Shown: one piece after another, positions 40,767-51,134 of the stretch
Position numbering within the stretch: the first letter of the stretch is position 1
Layout: each line of letters begins with the position of its first letter
Source: a virus
Lineage: Duplodnaviria; Caudoviricetes
DNA: 64,000 nt
Reading direction: 5' to 3' (one strand)
IMG/VR virus record: IMGVR_UViG_2595698882_000001
Span: 64,001-128,000 of that record
Made by a program: the position numbers and the translations under genes
Notes under the pieces: generated by a model
Database searches by the model: none
What the model was told of the DNA's origin: nothing
The model's input: only the letters and a program-made list of their open reading frames with translations

Positions 40767-40800
40767 GTGCTATATTATACAAGTAAACCACGAAGAAAGG

Positions 40801-41106
40801 ATGATCGACATGGATGAGAACAAAAATGTCCAAGTGCAAGAGGTAGAGATTCCAACAGAAGCTCCTAAAGTGTCTTCTAAGCTAGTTGTTACAACTATCA
40901 TCTACCTAATTGCGATTGTCAACGCTGCCGCAGCTTTCCTTGGTTTTGATTTTAATATTCCAACAAACTACGACTTCATTTATGATGGCGTTTCTCTAGT
41001 GTTCTTTGCAGGAAGCTTCTTCCACGCATACTGGAAAAACAATGACATCACTAAAAAAGCTCGTATCAAAGCAGAGGTAGCTAAACAAGTTGATCTTAAG
41101 AAATAA
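40801..41106 (+). CDS. Holin (SPP1 family)
   Basis: Two transmembrane segments and YWKNNDIT; late promoter at 40768. Confidence 0.8.
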   Translation: MIDMDENKNVQVQEVEIPTEAPKVSSKLVVTTIIYLIAIVNAAAAFLGFDFNIPTNYDFIYDGVSLVFFAGSFFHAYWKNNDITKKARIKAEVAKQVDLKK

Positions 41107-41133
41107 TAACCTTATGGAAGGAGATATTAACTC

Positions 41134-41622
41134 ATGAAAATTTCAGAAGCAATGGCTCAAGAAACTGTTACTCTTAACCCGGGTGACTACCTTGCAGCTA
41201 ACACAGACTCAGTAGGGTACCTGCCTACATATAAAGACACAAGCGATCTACACAGAGGTCAGTACCTCTTCAAAGTAGTAAGCGCAGACTCTGGTCTGGA
41301 TGTTATCCCAGTTGTAATGGCTGAAGATGGCAAGTCTTTTGTAGAAGTTCCTGAGCGCCCGATCATTTCTCAGAGAGGTAATGTGATTTCTTACATGACT
41401 ACTCGTAATGATCCTATCTTTAAAGATGGCTACCGCCCGGCGCATGCACACGTAGTAGAAAACATCCCATCTGGTGAAGAAGCACGTAATATTCTTGCCA
41501 CTTTCATTGCCTTTGTTGGCAGCGAGTACGGTATGGGTGTTAATGACTTCAACATTGAAGGTCCTGACTACCTGAATACGGGAGCAGCTCCTGAGCCAGA
41601 ACCAGAAGAACCACAAGCTTAA
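41134..41622 (+). CDS. Putative virion protein
   Basis: Co-transcribed with the holin from a late-type promoter. Confidence 0.55.
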   Translation: MKISEAMAQETVTLNPGDYLAANTDSVGYLPTYKDTSDLHRGQYLFKVVSADSGLDVIPVVMAEDGKSFVEVPERPIISQRGNVISYMTTRNDPIFKDGYRPAHAHVVENIPSGEEARNILATFIAFVGSEYGMGVNDFNIEGPDYLNTGAAPEPEPEEPQA

Positions 41623-41682
41623 TACAGTGGTACTATAGTCCTAGTATAAAAAATACTAAGATAGTACCACACACCAAGAATG

Positions 41683-41708
41683 GAAGGGGCTATAGCCCCT
41701 TCTTTTTT
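41683..41708 (+). terminator. Rho-independent terminator
   Basis: GAAGGGGC TATA GCCCCTTC followed by a T run. Confidence 0.85.
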
Positions 41709-41814
41709 ATATGTTAAAAACCTGAAATATTTTTAATATTTTTATTGACTATTTTAAAGAGCCCTGATAGAATACAGTTACAGGGTAAGAAACCTGTAGA
41801 AATGGAGGGAGATA

Positions 41815-42756
41815 ATGGACAACAAACTGACCTTGCGAGTCTTTGTGCCCACAACGTTCGAGGGTGTAACAAGTGTTGCAATCTTAGAAGAGATTATACA
41901 CCCTAATGTACACCTCGATGTGCGGTATACACGGCACTTAGATTTTCGAGAACACTGGGAGTTCCACGGAGCAGACATTGTTCTGATACTAGGGTTGGCT
42001 TATATGGGTTATACACTCCCGGAAGAGTTTTATACCGAAGTCGATGTTCCCTTTATGGACTTCCACCACGGCAGTACATACGGAAAACCTATTGAAGGTC
42101 ACCACATCCAGTCAATCGTTACGGAAGACGCAGACCCCATCTATGAGTTATGCCGCCACATGCGTTCGTTCCCCGACCAGAGCTTATTGTCCAAGAACGT
42201 AACGATCACAGACAAAGCATGGCAGATGATTAATGCAGTGAACAGCTATCGGACGTGGACTTGGGAAGGTAACGATATTGTCCGGTTGCTTCTTGCGTTG
42301 TATCACGCCAGCTACACATTGATGCCGGGAGCTATCAGAGGAAACAGCTTAGAAGAGACAGTTAAGAAGAACGCCATTGTCATTAAAGGACAGATGGAGA
42401 AACTCAAAGCGTATATCGCTAGGAAGAAAGAAGTTACTCAGACATATACAGTAGACATTAATGGTACACACTGTCTGCTGAAAGTTGTGTTTGCAGATGA
42501 ATACATAAACGAATTGGCTAATGAACTACTAAATGATGAAAAGACTTCGATGCCAGTTATTGTTTGTGTGGGAAGGGCTACGAAGTCAAATGATATGTTT
42601 TCTATTCGTACAAAGCGTATACACGCCGGACAGGTCGCACACCTGATTAATGAGGGGAACGGTAAAGAAGAAGTCGGTACTGTATTTGTAGACGTAGGTT
42701 ATGCGGAACTTATGGGGAAAAGTATTATTGCAGCGCTTACCCGTAACGTACAGTAA
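41815..42756 (+). CDS. Degenerate DHH/DHHA1-family protein
   Basis: FEGVTS (normally DxDG), DFHH, NSYRTWTW and SIRT...EGNGK (normally GGGH). Confidence 0.55.
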   Translation: MDNKLTLRVFVPTTFEGVTSVAILEEIIHPNVHLDVRYTRHLDFREHWEFHGADIVLILGLAYMGYTLPEEFYTEVDVPFMDFHHGSTYGKPIEGHHIQSIVTEDADPIYELCRHMRSFPDQSLLSKNVTITDKAWQMINAVNSYRTWTWEGNDIVRLLLALYHASYTLMPGAIRGNSLEETVKKNAIVIKGQMEKLKAYIARKKEVTQTYTVDINGTHCLLKVVFADEYINELANELLNDEKTSMPVIVCVGRATKSNDMFSIRTKRIHAGQVAHLINEGNGKEEVGTVFVDVGYAELMGKSIIAALTRNVQ

Positions 42757-42799
42757 GATCACAAGGTATGTTATAATAAAACACAGGGAGGAATTTAAT

Positions 42800-43078
42800 A
42801 TGGTGGAAGTCTTAGATCAGTTGGTAGGTAGTTATGGGGTTACTACGGATGAGGAGTTCGGTAAAATCGTAGATACACTACTTGAAGTTGGTAGAGTTGT
42901 ACAAGATCAAGAAAGACCGAGCCATCAAGCAGAGCTCATCATCCAAAAGTTCGAGGTGCCTACGCCGGAGGGGAAAACAAAGTGCTACGACCTCTGGTAT
43001 CAAACACGTACACCATTTTCACCTAAAGAAATGTGCTGCTCTTTTGGTTTCGAGGAGGCAGACAGAAAATATATCTAG
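42800..43078 (+). CDS. Hypothetical protein
   Basis: GGAGG RBS before ATG 42800. Confidence 0.65.
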   Translation: MVEVLDQLVGSYGVTTDEEFGKIVDTLLEVGRVVQDQERPSHQAELIIQKFEVPTPEGKTKCYDLWYQTRTPFSPKEMCCSFGFEEADRKYI

Positions 43079-43090
43079 GAGTGAGAGATA

Positions 43091-44401
43091 TTGAGCGATA
43101 AACGTTTAAGTGCTGAGGAGAAAACAATATTAGGTACCGAGAATGGAGCTAAGGCAGCTTTAATGGGGTACCTTATGGCAGAACGAGGTAAGTGCGCTCC
43201 AGCTGTATTTAACAAGTATGCTAAGCGGTTAGGCTTTAGTAAAGTAAACATTGCTGAGATGAAGAAACTTCAATCTGACATTGAAAACGACACTGTATTA
43301 TACAGCATCTATGGGAAAGCATACCAGCGTGTCATCAAACTTGAAGACATCCCTACTGCTTACGACAGCGTACCTGAAATGAAAGAGGAAGACGCATTTT
43401 CTCAGGTCACCCCTTACGTAGTGTCCAATGAAGCAAATAATGCGTTCCTGAGAGAGTTAAGAAGTTTGCAGCGTAAGGGCGCCCATATGGAGCTGCTGTT
43501 TAAAGGACTTAAACATTACCTCGTAGAAGAGCTTAAAGGGATGCCGAGAGCTAAATATTTAAAGACTCCGGTACCTAAGCCTCGAAAGGGAGATAAGAGC
43601 CTCATCCTCGCCTTCTCAGACTGGCATATCGGTGCCCTAGTCTTCAACGAAGACACCGGAGGATACGACTTCAAGAAGCTCACAACTCAGATGGGCGAAG
43701 TTACAGAGTTTGTGCTTGGTTTAGTTGAAGAACTAGACATTAAGCACCTATACATATTCCACGTTGGGGATGTCATCGAACATATCTCCATGAGAAACGT
43801 GAACCAAGCTTTTGAAGCAGAGTTTCCGGCTACAGAACAGATTGCTAAGGGAACAAGGCTGCTGATTGACATACTTAAAAACATATCCGCACATATTCAT
43901 GTTACCTTCGGAATGGTTGCTGGTAACCACGACCGTTTCAACGGGAACAAGAACGACAAAGTGTACAACGACAACGTAGTATACTTAATCCTTGAGACAC
44001 TCATTATGTCCCAAGAGGAATTTGGAGCGCTACCTAACGTCACTATTATTGACAACAGGGCTGACACTTATGAATTTACCCAAAAGGTAGCAGGTCAAAA
44101 CATAAAAGTTAAGCACGGAGAGTATGAAAAGAAAAAAGACGATCAAAAAATTCCAAAACACATCAAAGAAGAACCTATCGACCTGTATATCATGGGACAC
44201 ATACATACAAACAGATTCGTACAAGAAGACTACTCTAGATTCCATGTGTACGCTGGTTCTACAATGGGAGCGAATAACTATTCCAAAGAACTTAACTTCC
44301 CGACCACAGCAGCATCTCAGTTAGCAGTAGTTTTGACGGAAGGAAGCTCAACAAGAATGTTTATCCCGATTATGTTTAATAAAGACGGAAAATTAGATTA
44401 A
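43091..44401 (+). CDS. Calcineurin-like metallophosphoesterase with N-terminal extension
   Basis: SDWH, GDVIE, GNHD, KHGE and GHIH all intact. Confidence 0.85.
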   Translation: MSDKRLSAEEKTILGTENGAKAALMGYLMAERGKCAPAVFNKYAKRLGFSKVNIAEMKKLQSDIENDTVLYSIYGKAYQRVIKLEDIPTAYDSVPEMKEEDAFSQVTPYVVSNEANNAFLRELRSLQRKGAHMELLFKGLKHYLVEELKGMPRAKYLKTPVPKPRKGDKSLILAFSDWHIGALVFNEDTGGYDFKKLTTQMGEVTEFVLGLVEELDIKHLYIFHVGDVIEHISMRNVNQAFEAEFPATEQIAKGTRLLIDILKNISAHIHVTFGMVAGNHDRFNGNKNDKVYNDNVVYLILETLIMSQEEFGALPNVTIIDNRADTYEFTQKVAGQNIKVKHGEYEKKKDDQKIPKHIKEEPIDLYIMGHIHTNRFVQEDYSRFHVYAGSTMGANNYSKELNFPTTAASQLAVVLTEGSSTRMFIPIMFNKDGKLD

Positions 44402-44415
44402 TTAGGAGGATGTAA

Positions 44416-44793
44416 ATGGAGACACTAACTGCTTTTGCTGTAACTATGTATGGGGTCGTTATAGCTTCCTTATTCGCTAACCTCCTTCAGCAATGGAGAG
44501 AAACTAAGGAGCTTAAACAGAAGGGGAAGACCCCGTTGACCGGAAAGAATACAGCCACGGTTATCTGTGCAGCACTTGGGGAAGCTGTAGTTGTCACCCT
44601 TGTATTTTTAGCTCTAGCCGCTGCACCTGCTACACTAGGTATTTGGGAACTAGGGGCGGCTGCTGTAGGCTGCTATCTTATTAAAGAGCCTGCTGCATAT
44701 CTCTCCGCTTGGGCGTGCTGGTCTCTGTTCCTAAAAATCGAAAAGAGAAAAAGGGTAGCAGAGATCAAAAAAGATCAGAAAGGAGCCATTTAA
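44416..44793 (+). CDS. Membrane protein
   Basis: Three or more hydrophobic segments; basic C-terminus; terminator follows. Confidence 0.7.
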   Translation: METLTAFAVTMYGVVIASLFANLLQQWRETKELKQKGKTPLTGKNTATVICAALGEAVVVTLVFLALAAAPATLGIWELGAAAVGCYLIKEPAAYLSAWACWSLFLKIEKRKRVAEIKKDQKGAI

Positions 44794-44865
44794 GGCTCTT
44801 TTTTCTATACTATAGTAGACAATACTCTGTAACTATGCTATACTAAGACTATAAAATACAGAGGA

Positions 44866-45219
44866 GTGGTTTATGTGCTCAAGGAGAAAAAAGTAAGAAT
44901 TTTCGATCCTGAAATAATCAAGGAAGGTCATGTCATTACATTGGACCAGTATCAGATAAACACAACTGGATATGATGACGATGAAGACTATAAGGTTAGT
45001 TGGGAGTATACAGGAAGCATTACTGGGGTGATAGTAGCAGCCTCTGAAGAGCGAGTCAAGGTCCTGTGTTCAAGTCCTTGGGAGCTAGGGTGTACTAACG
45101 AATATAATATAGGTATTAATGAAGTCGTAGAAGGTGATACTTTACCAGAGAGCACCGTCAGAAGCTACATGTACTCTATCGTAGGAGTAACAAACCGAGT
45201 GAAAGGAATATCAGTATAA
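44866..45219 (+). CDS. Hypothetical protein
   Basis: TAGACA..TATACT promoter and RBS upstream. Confidence 0.65.
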   Translation: MVYVLKEKKVRIFDPEIIKEGHVITLDQYQINTTGYDDDEDYKVSWEYTGSITGVIVAASEERVKVLCSSPWELGCTNEYNIGINEVVEGDTLPESTVRSYMYSIVGVTNRVKGISV

Positions 45220-45237
45220 ACAAAGAAGGGTGATCTT

Positions 45238-45834
45238 ATGAACGATAAAGATATGGCACTACCTAACCCGGAACTGTTGACATACGTTCAAACCGGGGTT
45301 TTATGGATAAAGGATGATCCTACTTATGTCATAGACCTTATCAGACAAGAAAACACAGCTATTGTTCATGTGTTTGCTGTTCATGACAAGACGGCTCAAA
45401 GACCTAAGAAAAGGGCAGTGCAAGTAAAGCAGCAAACAACTCGATTCAGTAACAAGACTAGGCTAGGTGAGATGGCTAATAAGTATTTACCTGCGAAGAC
45501 TATTGAGAAGTGGGTGGTAAACCCTCCGCTGTTTACAGCACCTATAGTGCAGGGGTACCGGGATACCTTCTCTCAAAGACAGGAGCCCGGGTTCTTTGAA
45601 CGGGAGCCGGACACTGAAACGACCTTTAGTGGGGAGCGCAAGATCATTAGAGGGAAGAATACAGGAGTGTTTATCGGGCTATCCTCTATTGTGTGGGAAG
45701 ACAGAATCAGAATATCTAAAGAGTCCCTTGTACAGGCAATCACTAAGTACCGTCAAGGTAATTCTTTCTATAACTTCACAGATAGAGACGATGATCCGAA
45801 TAACCCGTTATCGAGCGGCTACAATAACCTATAA
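45238..45834 (+). CDS. Hypothetical protein
   Basis: 198-aa ORF; terminator at 45853-45882. Confidence 0.65.
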   Translation: MNDKDMALPNPELLTYVQTGVLWIKDDPTYVIDLIRQENTAIVHVFAVHDKTAQRPKKRAVQVKQQTTRFSNKTRLGEMANKYLPAKTIEKWVVNPPLFTAPIVQGYRDTFSQRQEPGFFEREPDTETTFSGERKIIRGKNTGVFIGLSSIVWEDRIRISKESLVQAITKYRQGNSFYNFTDRDDDPNNPLSSGYNNL

Positions 45835-45919
45835 AGAGGTAACAGAGTTACTGGCTGCTAGGCTCCGGCTTAGCAGCTTTTTGTGTACATAACCCAGACA
45901 ATATCAGGAGGGAAATGTT

Positions 45920-46639
45920 ATGAAAAAGTTATACGAGGCAGAAATTAAAGAATTAATTTTAAAAAAGAGGCATATATTTGTGTCAAACGGGAATAGTAAT
46001 AGTACCATCCTATTCGAGAAGGCAATTGTTATAGGCTCCACAATCGCAGACTGTATCATCTTCTCTGAGGATAGAGGGATTATCGGGATAGAGATAAAAA
46101 CAGAGTATGACAACACTAGACGGCTTAACAAGCAGCTGAAGAACTACAGCCTTGTATGCGACTACGTTTATGTACTGTGTCACGATAATCACGTAGAGAA
46201 GACTGAGGAGATACTTCTCAAAAATAATCATCATCATGTGGGGATACTAGCATATACTGAATTTAGAGGGGAGGCAATACTAGGGGTTTATAAGGCAGCT
46301 GCTCACTCGCCGTCTAAGAATGTTAGAATGGCATATCAGATGCTGTGGAAAGAAGAAATATCTAACATACTAGGCAGCTTCAAGAAACAGATGAAGACCT
46401 TGGAAGAACAAGGGTTATCAGTAGATACTGCAAAGAGTAGGTCAAACGGTTTACACGGACTTTATACTAAGTCTAACGCCTCTAAGAAGTACCTTACGAA
46501 GAGTAACATGATAAACATGATCGTAGGGCGGCTAGGCGAGCACTCTGCTAACTGCCTACTGTGTGACATCTTTATATCCGGTAGAATGCACCCCGATAGA
46601 AATTTAAAATTTCATTATTTTAAGCAGTCCGGTAAATAG
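45920..46639 (+). CDS. PD-(D/E)XK nuclease-like protein (sce7726/MmcB-like)
   Basis: E......IAD......GIEIKTE.D...RL.KQL..Y..V.DYVYV. Confidence 0.75.
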   Translation: MKKLYEAEIKELILKKRHIFVSNGNSNSTILFEKAIVIGSTIADCIIFSEDRGIIGIEIKTEYDNTRRLNKQLKNYSLVCDYVYVLCHDNHVEKTEEILLKNNHHHVGILAYTEFRGEAILGVYKAAAHSPSKNVRMAYQMLWKEEISNILGSFKKQMKTLEEQGLSVDTAKSRSNGLHGLYTKSNASKKYLTKSNMINMIVGRLGEHSANCLLCDIFISGRMHPDRNLKFHYFKQSGK

Positions 46640-46737
46640 AGGAAGTTTACATTGTAACCATGCCATGATATACTTCCTGTATAAAGTCTTTTGAGAACAG
46701 ATAAACTAAAAATAAAAAACCGAAGGAGAGATACACA

Positions 46738-47286
46738 ATGACTGTACACATGAATTTAGTTAAATACGCAGGAGACTTTTGGGTGACTTTAGCTGATTAT
46801 ACACATACTAGGAGTGCTGAGAACTACTCAGACCATGCATCTGTAAAATCTGCGATTCGTACTGCTGTAGTTAGAGAAGGGGCAGATAAATACATCGCTT
46901 TTAGAGGAGAGGCGCAAATTAAGGGTATCATTAGAGAGAATAAAGACAACGATATGTTCTATCCTGAAGATTTTCAAGGGCATACTCGTGCTGCTTTAAT
47001 TCATTGGAGTATGCTTGATATGCTCAATAACCGATTCAAAGTAGAAAAAGGCAAAGAGCAGGCATTCGCTCGCTTTATGGAAGAGGCGGAAGAGTATATG
47101 GAGACTCTGGCTACTCCTAAAGAAGAGTCTACAGGACTTTTCGACAATAGGTCTGCAATGCTAAAGAGCTTACGACAAGACCTAAGTTTACTGGATAAAG
47201 AAATTGAAGTTAAGATGAATAACCGGGAGAAAATACTGCAGGCTATAAACGCTTTAGAGGGTCTCGACTTAGAGAATCTCCAGTAA
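46738..47286 (+). CDS. Hypothetical protein
   Basis: RBS; promoter TTTACA..TATACT upstream; C-terminal coiled coil. Confidence 0.65.
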   Translation: MTVHMNLVKYAGDFWVTLADYTHTRSAENYSDHASVKSAIRTAVVREGADKYIAFRGEAQIKGIIRENKDNDMFYPEDFQGHTRAALIHWSMLDMLNNRFKVEKGKEQAFARFMEEAEEYMETLATPKEESTGLFDNRSAMLKSLRQDLSLLDKEIEVKMNNREKILQAINALEGLDLENLQ

Positions 47287-47398
47287 GTATGATACAATAT
47301 GAATACAGAGTACAGGGGGTGACATTTTGTAAAAAAGTGTTGCCTTTTTCTTTTATACACTGTATAATATACATAAGACATACAGGTGGTTACAGACT

Positions 47399-47929
47399 AT
47401 GGCAAAAAAGAAAAAACCAAATTCAGTAACAAGAGCAATGTCTCGGGGTGTTGGAGCCCGAGGAACATCAGCAACACCAAACTCTGGTAAAGATGCACAC
47501 AGTCAGGCTAGAAAGAGCACTAAAGGGCACTACAGAGTAGAGTTCACAGAGGTATTTGAGCGGATGACTGAGAAGGATATAGAGCTAAGGAAGACATACG
47601 GTATAGACTTAGTTGCAGGGAACCTAAAGGTACCTACAGATATGGTTACACTCCGAGCTAAGAAGAAAACAGGAGAACAGACTCTAACTTCTCTAGATGA
47701 GGTGTACTATGTTAAGGTTGGTCAGGAGACCTGCGGAAAGCTGTCTATACGTACACAGAGGCTATGGAAAAGCAGTAACCTTATATTTGTATTCCAGATC
47801 AAGAAAACCGCTCTAAAGCCACCACAGAAAGCTTTTAGCCGCAACAAGGGGTTTAAGAAACGAACCACCAGTCAGAAAAGTCAGGCTAGTAGAAATTCCT
47901 ATAATAAACGCAGAGGAGGAAAGAATTAG
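47399..47929 (+). CDS. Basic hypothetical protein, possibly nucleic-acid binding
   Basis: Lys/Arg-rich termini. Confidence 0.65.
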   Translation: MAKKKKPNSVTRAMSRGVGARGTSATPNSGKDAHSQARKSTKGHYRVEFTEVFERMTEKDIELRKTYGIDLVAGNLKVPTDMVTLRAKKKTGEQTLTSLDEVYYVKVGQETCGKLSIRTQRLWKSSNLIFVFQIKKTALKPPQKAFSRNKGFKKRTTSQKSQASRNSYNKRRGGKN

Positions 47930-48483
47930 TGGTTGAGAAAAAATATTTTGAAGTCACTCTAGATTTTAAGGGGAAACCTTTTCTATTTGATGAGTCCTCT
48001 TTGACGGCGCTTAAAGAAAGTTATCTCGGACTTGGTCGTGGAACAGTAGGGCTTTACTTCGGAGAGGACTCTAAACTAAGTGACACAAGAACAGGGTCAG
48101 AGGTAAACTGCTCTGCCATGGAACTGTGGGAACTCTTGAGGAAAGCAGAGGGTAAATTAAAAGAACTCAGACAAGAGTTCCATAAGGAGCAGCTAAGGGA
48201 ACTGCGTGAACAGAGTGCGGAGGCTGAAAGAATTAAACGGAAACAAAAGCATAAAGAAGAAGTTGAGCGTGTGGCTAGAGAGCAGCTCTTCGATGCTGGG
48301 TTCCGTAGAGTGAAGGTACTTTACCACGATGAGAAATATATTCAGCTCAAAGGGGAAAAGAGACATTGGTTTAGCAAGCGTAGTTATGTTAAAACTTTTG
48401 AGATTGTAACAAAAAAGACTACGGACAACTTTGGCTATGCCGGAGATTGGTTCCTAATGCCAGTTAGTAAAGGAATGCTGTAA
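47929..48483 (+). CDS. Hypothetical protein
   Basis: RBS; coupled to upstream gene. Confidence 0.6.
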   Translation: MVEKKYFEVTLDFKGKPFLFDESSLTALKESYLGLGRGTVGLYFGEDSKLSDTRTGSEVNCSAMELWELLRKAEGKLKELRQEFHKEQLRELREQSAEAERIKRKQKHKEEVERVAREQLFDAGFRRVKVLYHDEKYIQLKGEKRHWFSKRSYVKTFEIVTKKTTDNFGYAGDWFLMPVSKGML

Positions 48484-48484
48484 A

Positions 48485-48787
48485 ATGAATAAGTACACTC
48501 AATTTGAAGTCCTGTTCAAAGGGGAATCATTCACCGTAACCATGGGGCTGATCGAATACTTTGAGAAACAGGCATATAGTAACCCTGTAGGAGAGATAGA
48601 TGTAGAGTTTCTAGACGGGAGAGTTCGTAAATGGTATGGAACAGACCTGATTATTTTTTGTAGGAATGCAACCAAAGCGTATCACCAGCTAGTCTACGAA
48701 GACCTAAAAGGTAACGAAAACGCCTATGTAAAGCGTATGCGAGAAGAGAAAGACCCCTATGGAAAGGACGATGACGATGATTATTAA
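48485..48787 (+). CDS. Hypothetical protein
   Basis: RBS; tight packing. Confidence 0.6.
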   Translation: MNKYTQFEVLFKGESFTVTMGLIEYFEKQAYSNPVGEIDVEFLDGRVRKWYGTDLIIFCRNATKAYHQLVYEDLKGNENAYVKRMREEKDPYGKDDDDDY

Positions 48788-49646
48788 TGGACTAAAAGAG
48801 TATAAAGGCACGCTTAAGAAGCTAGACAACTTACTGAAAGATATAGCTAGAGGTATTCAGGGAGTATATTATACCAACAGCTTCTTCAGCCAGAGATACC
48901 TTACAAAAGCTTTCGCTATTGCAGATCACCTAAGTATTGCGGACAATAGTGTCAATCTCAAGATCGTAACAAGAGTTGAGAAAGCAGGCATCTTAGAGAT
49001 GAATAATACTAGTGATATGCTGCTGGACTACGCTGCGGGAGAGGTCAAGGCGTTTTCTCTAGACCCGGAGGAAGCTTATGCACACAACCCTACAACACCT
49101 ATCCCGGAACCTATATCAGTAAACATGGCATTATTTCCTTTTGACATTGAGCTGTTCATGAAAGACCCGGAGGTTACATACCAAGAGGTCACAATCGCTG
49201 GAAGTAAGTTTACATTGATAAACCTACACCAAGTATTAGATCAAGAAAAAGAGCTGGAACAGACGGTATCACTGTTATTCGGAGAACGAGACAAACTTAA
49301 CTTCTTTTCTCATTTCCTCAACAAGACTCTAACATCTAGAGACACTAAGTTAATACTAGACCTGATTGTGGATGAGAATATCACAGGTAGGGCGGTCAAG
49401 TCTGTGAGCTATCGTAACGAAGAAGGAGTAATCAGCCAAGTATTCCCTTACGAAGAGCTTATCAACTCTTATAGAAACTCTAACGGACATTACATCTTCG
49501 GCACAGGTCATGGGTACCTGAGAATCCCGGAAGATAGCCTTTATAAGTATAAAATGACTGTAGATGCTTTTAGTGATTCAAAAAGCCTAGAGTATCAGCT
49601 AGTTTTAGAGTCGGCTAAGAGTAGAATTATTCTAAATATGGACTAG
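48759..49646 (+). CDS. Hypothetical protein
   Basis: 295-aa ORF in operon context. Confidence 0.65.
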   Translation: MERTMTMIINGLKEYKGTLKKLDNLLKDIARGIQGVYYTNSFFSQRYLTKAFAIADHLSIADNSVNLKIVTRVEKAGILEMNNTSDMLLDYAAGEVKAFSLDPEEAYAHNPTTPIPEPISVNMALFPFDIELFMKDPEVTYQEVTIAGSKFTLINLHQVLDQEKELEQTVSLLFGERDKLNFFSHFLNKTLTSRDTKLILDLIVDENITGRAVKSVSYRNEEGVISQVFPYEELINSYRNSNGHYIFGTGHGYLRIPEDSLYKYKMTVDAFSDSKSLEYQLVLESAKSRIILNMD

Positions 49647-49657
49647 GAGGTAATCGT

Positions 49658-49891
49658 ATGCCACCCCAAGATAAAAATGGCAAGTATATAACAGACTGTA
49701 ATATAGTGTACTACTTCAAGACCGTAGAGGAGAGGATCGTCTCCAAAGAGCATCAATCTTTCGAAGATATGCAGGCAATCTCGGACGACTTCTATCAGCC
49801 GTATGTTGAGATGTCTACTAGGGTGAGAGAGGAACCTAAGAAGCCAAAGTTCCGAAGCCTAGCACAGGTAATGATTCGTAAAAGAAAGTAG
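49658..49891 (+). CDS. Hypothetical protein
   Basis: GGAGG RBS. Confidence 0.6.
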   Translation: MPPQDKNGKYITDCNIVYYFKTVEERIVSKEHQSFEDMQAISDDFYQPYVEMSTRVREEPKKPKFRSLAQVMIRKRK

Positions 49892-49920
49892 TCTAAATCA
49901 AAAAACAAGGGGAGATTTCT

Positions 49921-50433
49921 ATGTATGCAAAGTTTACAGGTAGGCAGTACGAGGCGTATAAACAACTCATGGAGGACTACCGTATTCAGGACCACGCTCT
50001 GCAAGTGATTTACACTTACCATGGTACAGGGGACTGGGAGAGTGGACCATACGCCCCTTTAAATGAGATAGAGCGATATTGTCTAGTTCAAGCGGTTGTT
50101 AATGGTCGTTATGAAGTTTGTCTTACCTTCTTAGAGAAGTTAGAAACCATGATTAAGGATCAAAACAACAAAGTAAATAATCTGGTAGAAAGACTAGACT
50201 TCAATCAATGTACCCTTTCAGGACCCTTAGCTGAGGACATCCTTCCAGAGGTGCGTACAGAATGGAGAATATCACTAGCTGAGCTTGATAAACTCAGAGA
50301 GGTTTACTTGGAGTACGTTGAAGAACAAGAGGGGTCACGGCATGAAGCTAGAAGACAATTAAACATCCTCATGGGTGGAGAGCCTGTAGATGATGAAGAT
50401 GATGAGTGGGAAGAGGGTGAAGACGATGAGTGA
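49921..50433 (+). CDS. Hypothetical protein with acidic tail
   Basis: RBS; 170-aa ORF. Confidence 0.6.
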   Translation: MYAKFTGRQYEAYKQLMEDYRIQDHALQVIYTYHGTGDWESGPYAPLNEIERYCLVQAVVNGRYEVCLTFLEKLETMIKDQNNKVNNLVERLDFNQCTLSGPLAEDILPEVRTEWRISLAELDKLREVYLEYVEEQEGSRHEARRQLNILMGGEPVDDEDDEWEEGEDDE

Positions 50434-50725
50434 TAACAGAGAACGTCCTTGGGACCTAAGTAGATTCCCTCCTATACCTGAGAGTGAGGCTGCCAAGCAC
50501 GTCTGTGTTTCTCGTGCCGAGGGGTTGTCTGAGCTAAGTCCACTAGAAGCTCAGGTGTATTTCCCAGACCTACCCGGACCTCTGAGTCCGATATCTGATG
50601 AGGATGTTAATTACCTCTTCTCTAAAGAATCGTCAAACACAGAGTCACGTAAGCGGCTTAGAGAAGGGCTAAAAGCTTACCGGGAGGCAAAAGCAAAACG
50701 GGCGGAGAGGGATCAAAATGAGTAG
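50426..50725 (+). CDS. Hypothetical protein
   Basis: Coupled start at ATG 50426. Confidence 0.6.
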   Translation: MSDNRERPWDLSRFPPIPESEAAKHVCVSRAEGLSELSPLEAQVYFPDLPGPLSPISDEDVNYLFSKESSNTESRKRLREGLKAYREAKAKRAERDQNE

Positions 50726-51134
50726 CCTTGAGTCACGATTTATTCAGGTCCCTGTACTATTCAGAAAAAATAAGTTCTATATAAGTGAATACGAGCTCCG
50801 CAGCCTAACATCGAAAATTAGCTACCCCTCAATGACAGGAACCATCTGGGCAACGTTTTGTGTGGAGACTGAGGAAGGCTCAAGAGAATACAAGACAATT
50901 ACCTTTTCCGATGCGGAGTTCGATAGCTTCGCCCACTCAGCCCTAGATCAGATAAATTATTATATGCACAGGATAAATCATGTTCGAAGTGAAAAGATGA
51001 AAGCTAAGGGAAAACAAAGTAAACAAAAGGTGATACGTTACAAAGTGTACGTTTGCGATGAGTACATAGGGGACTTATTTCCTCTAAAAGATACTCGTAT
51101 AGAAAAAGCAGATATAGACGAAGAGACCGAGTAA
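50718..51134 (+). CDS. Hypothetical protein
   Basis: RBS; terminator AGACCGA/TCGGTCT at 51124-51147. Confidence 0.6.
   Translation: MSSLESRFIQVPVLFRKNKFYISEYELRSLTSKISYPSMTGTIWATFCVETEEGSREYKTITFSDAEFDSFAHSALDQINYYMHRINHVRSEKMKAKGKQSKQKVIRYKVYVCDEYIGDLFPLKDTRIEKADIDEETE

Noticed and set aside
45596-45892. Nested + strand ORFs in alternative frames (also 8490, 11861, 34352, 36128 and similar)
   Set aside because: They lie mostly or wholly inside longer genes, with no convincing RBS or motif
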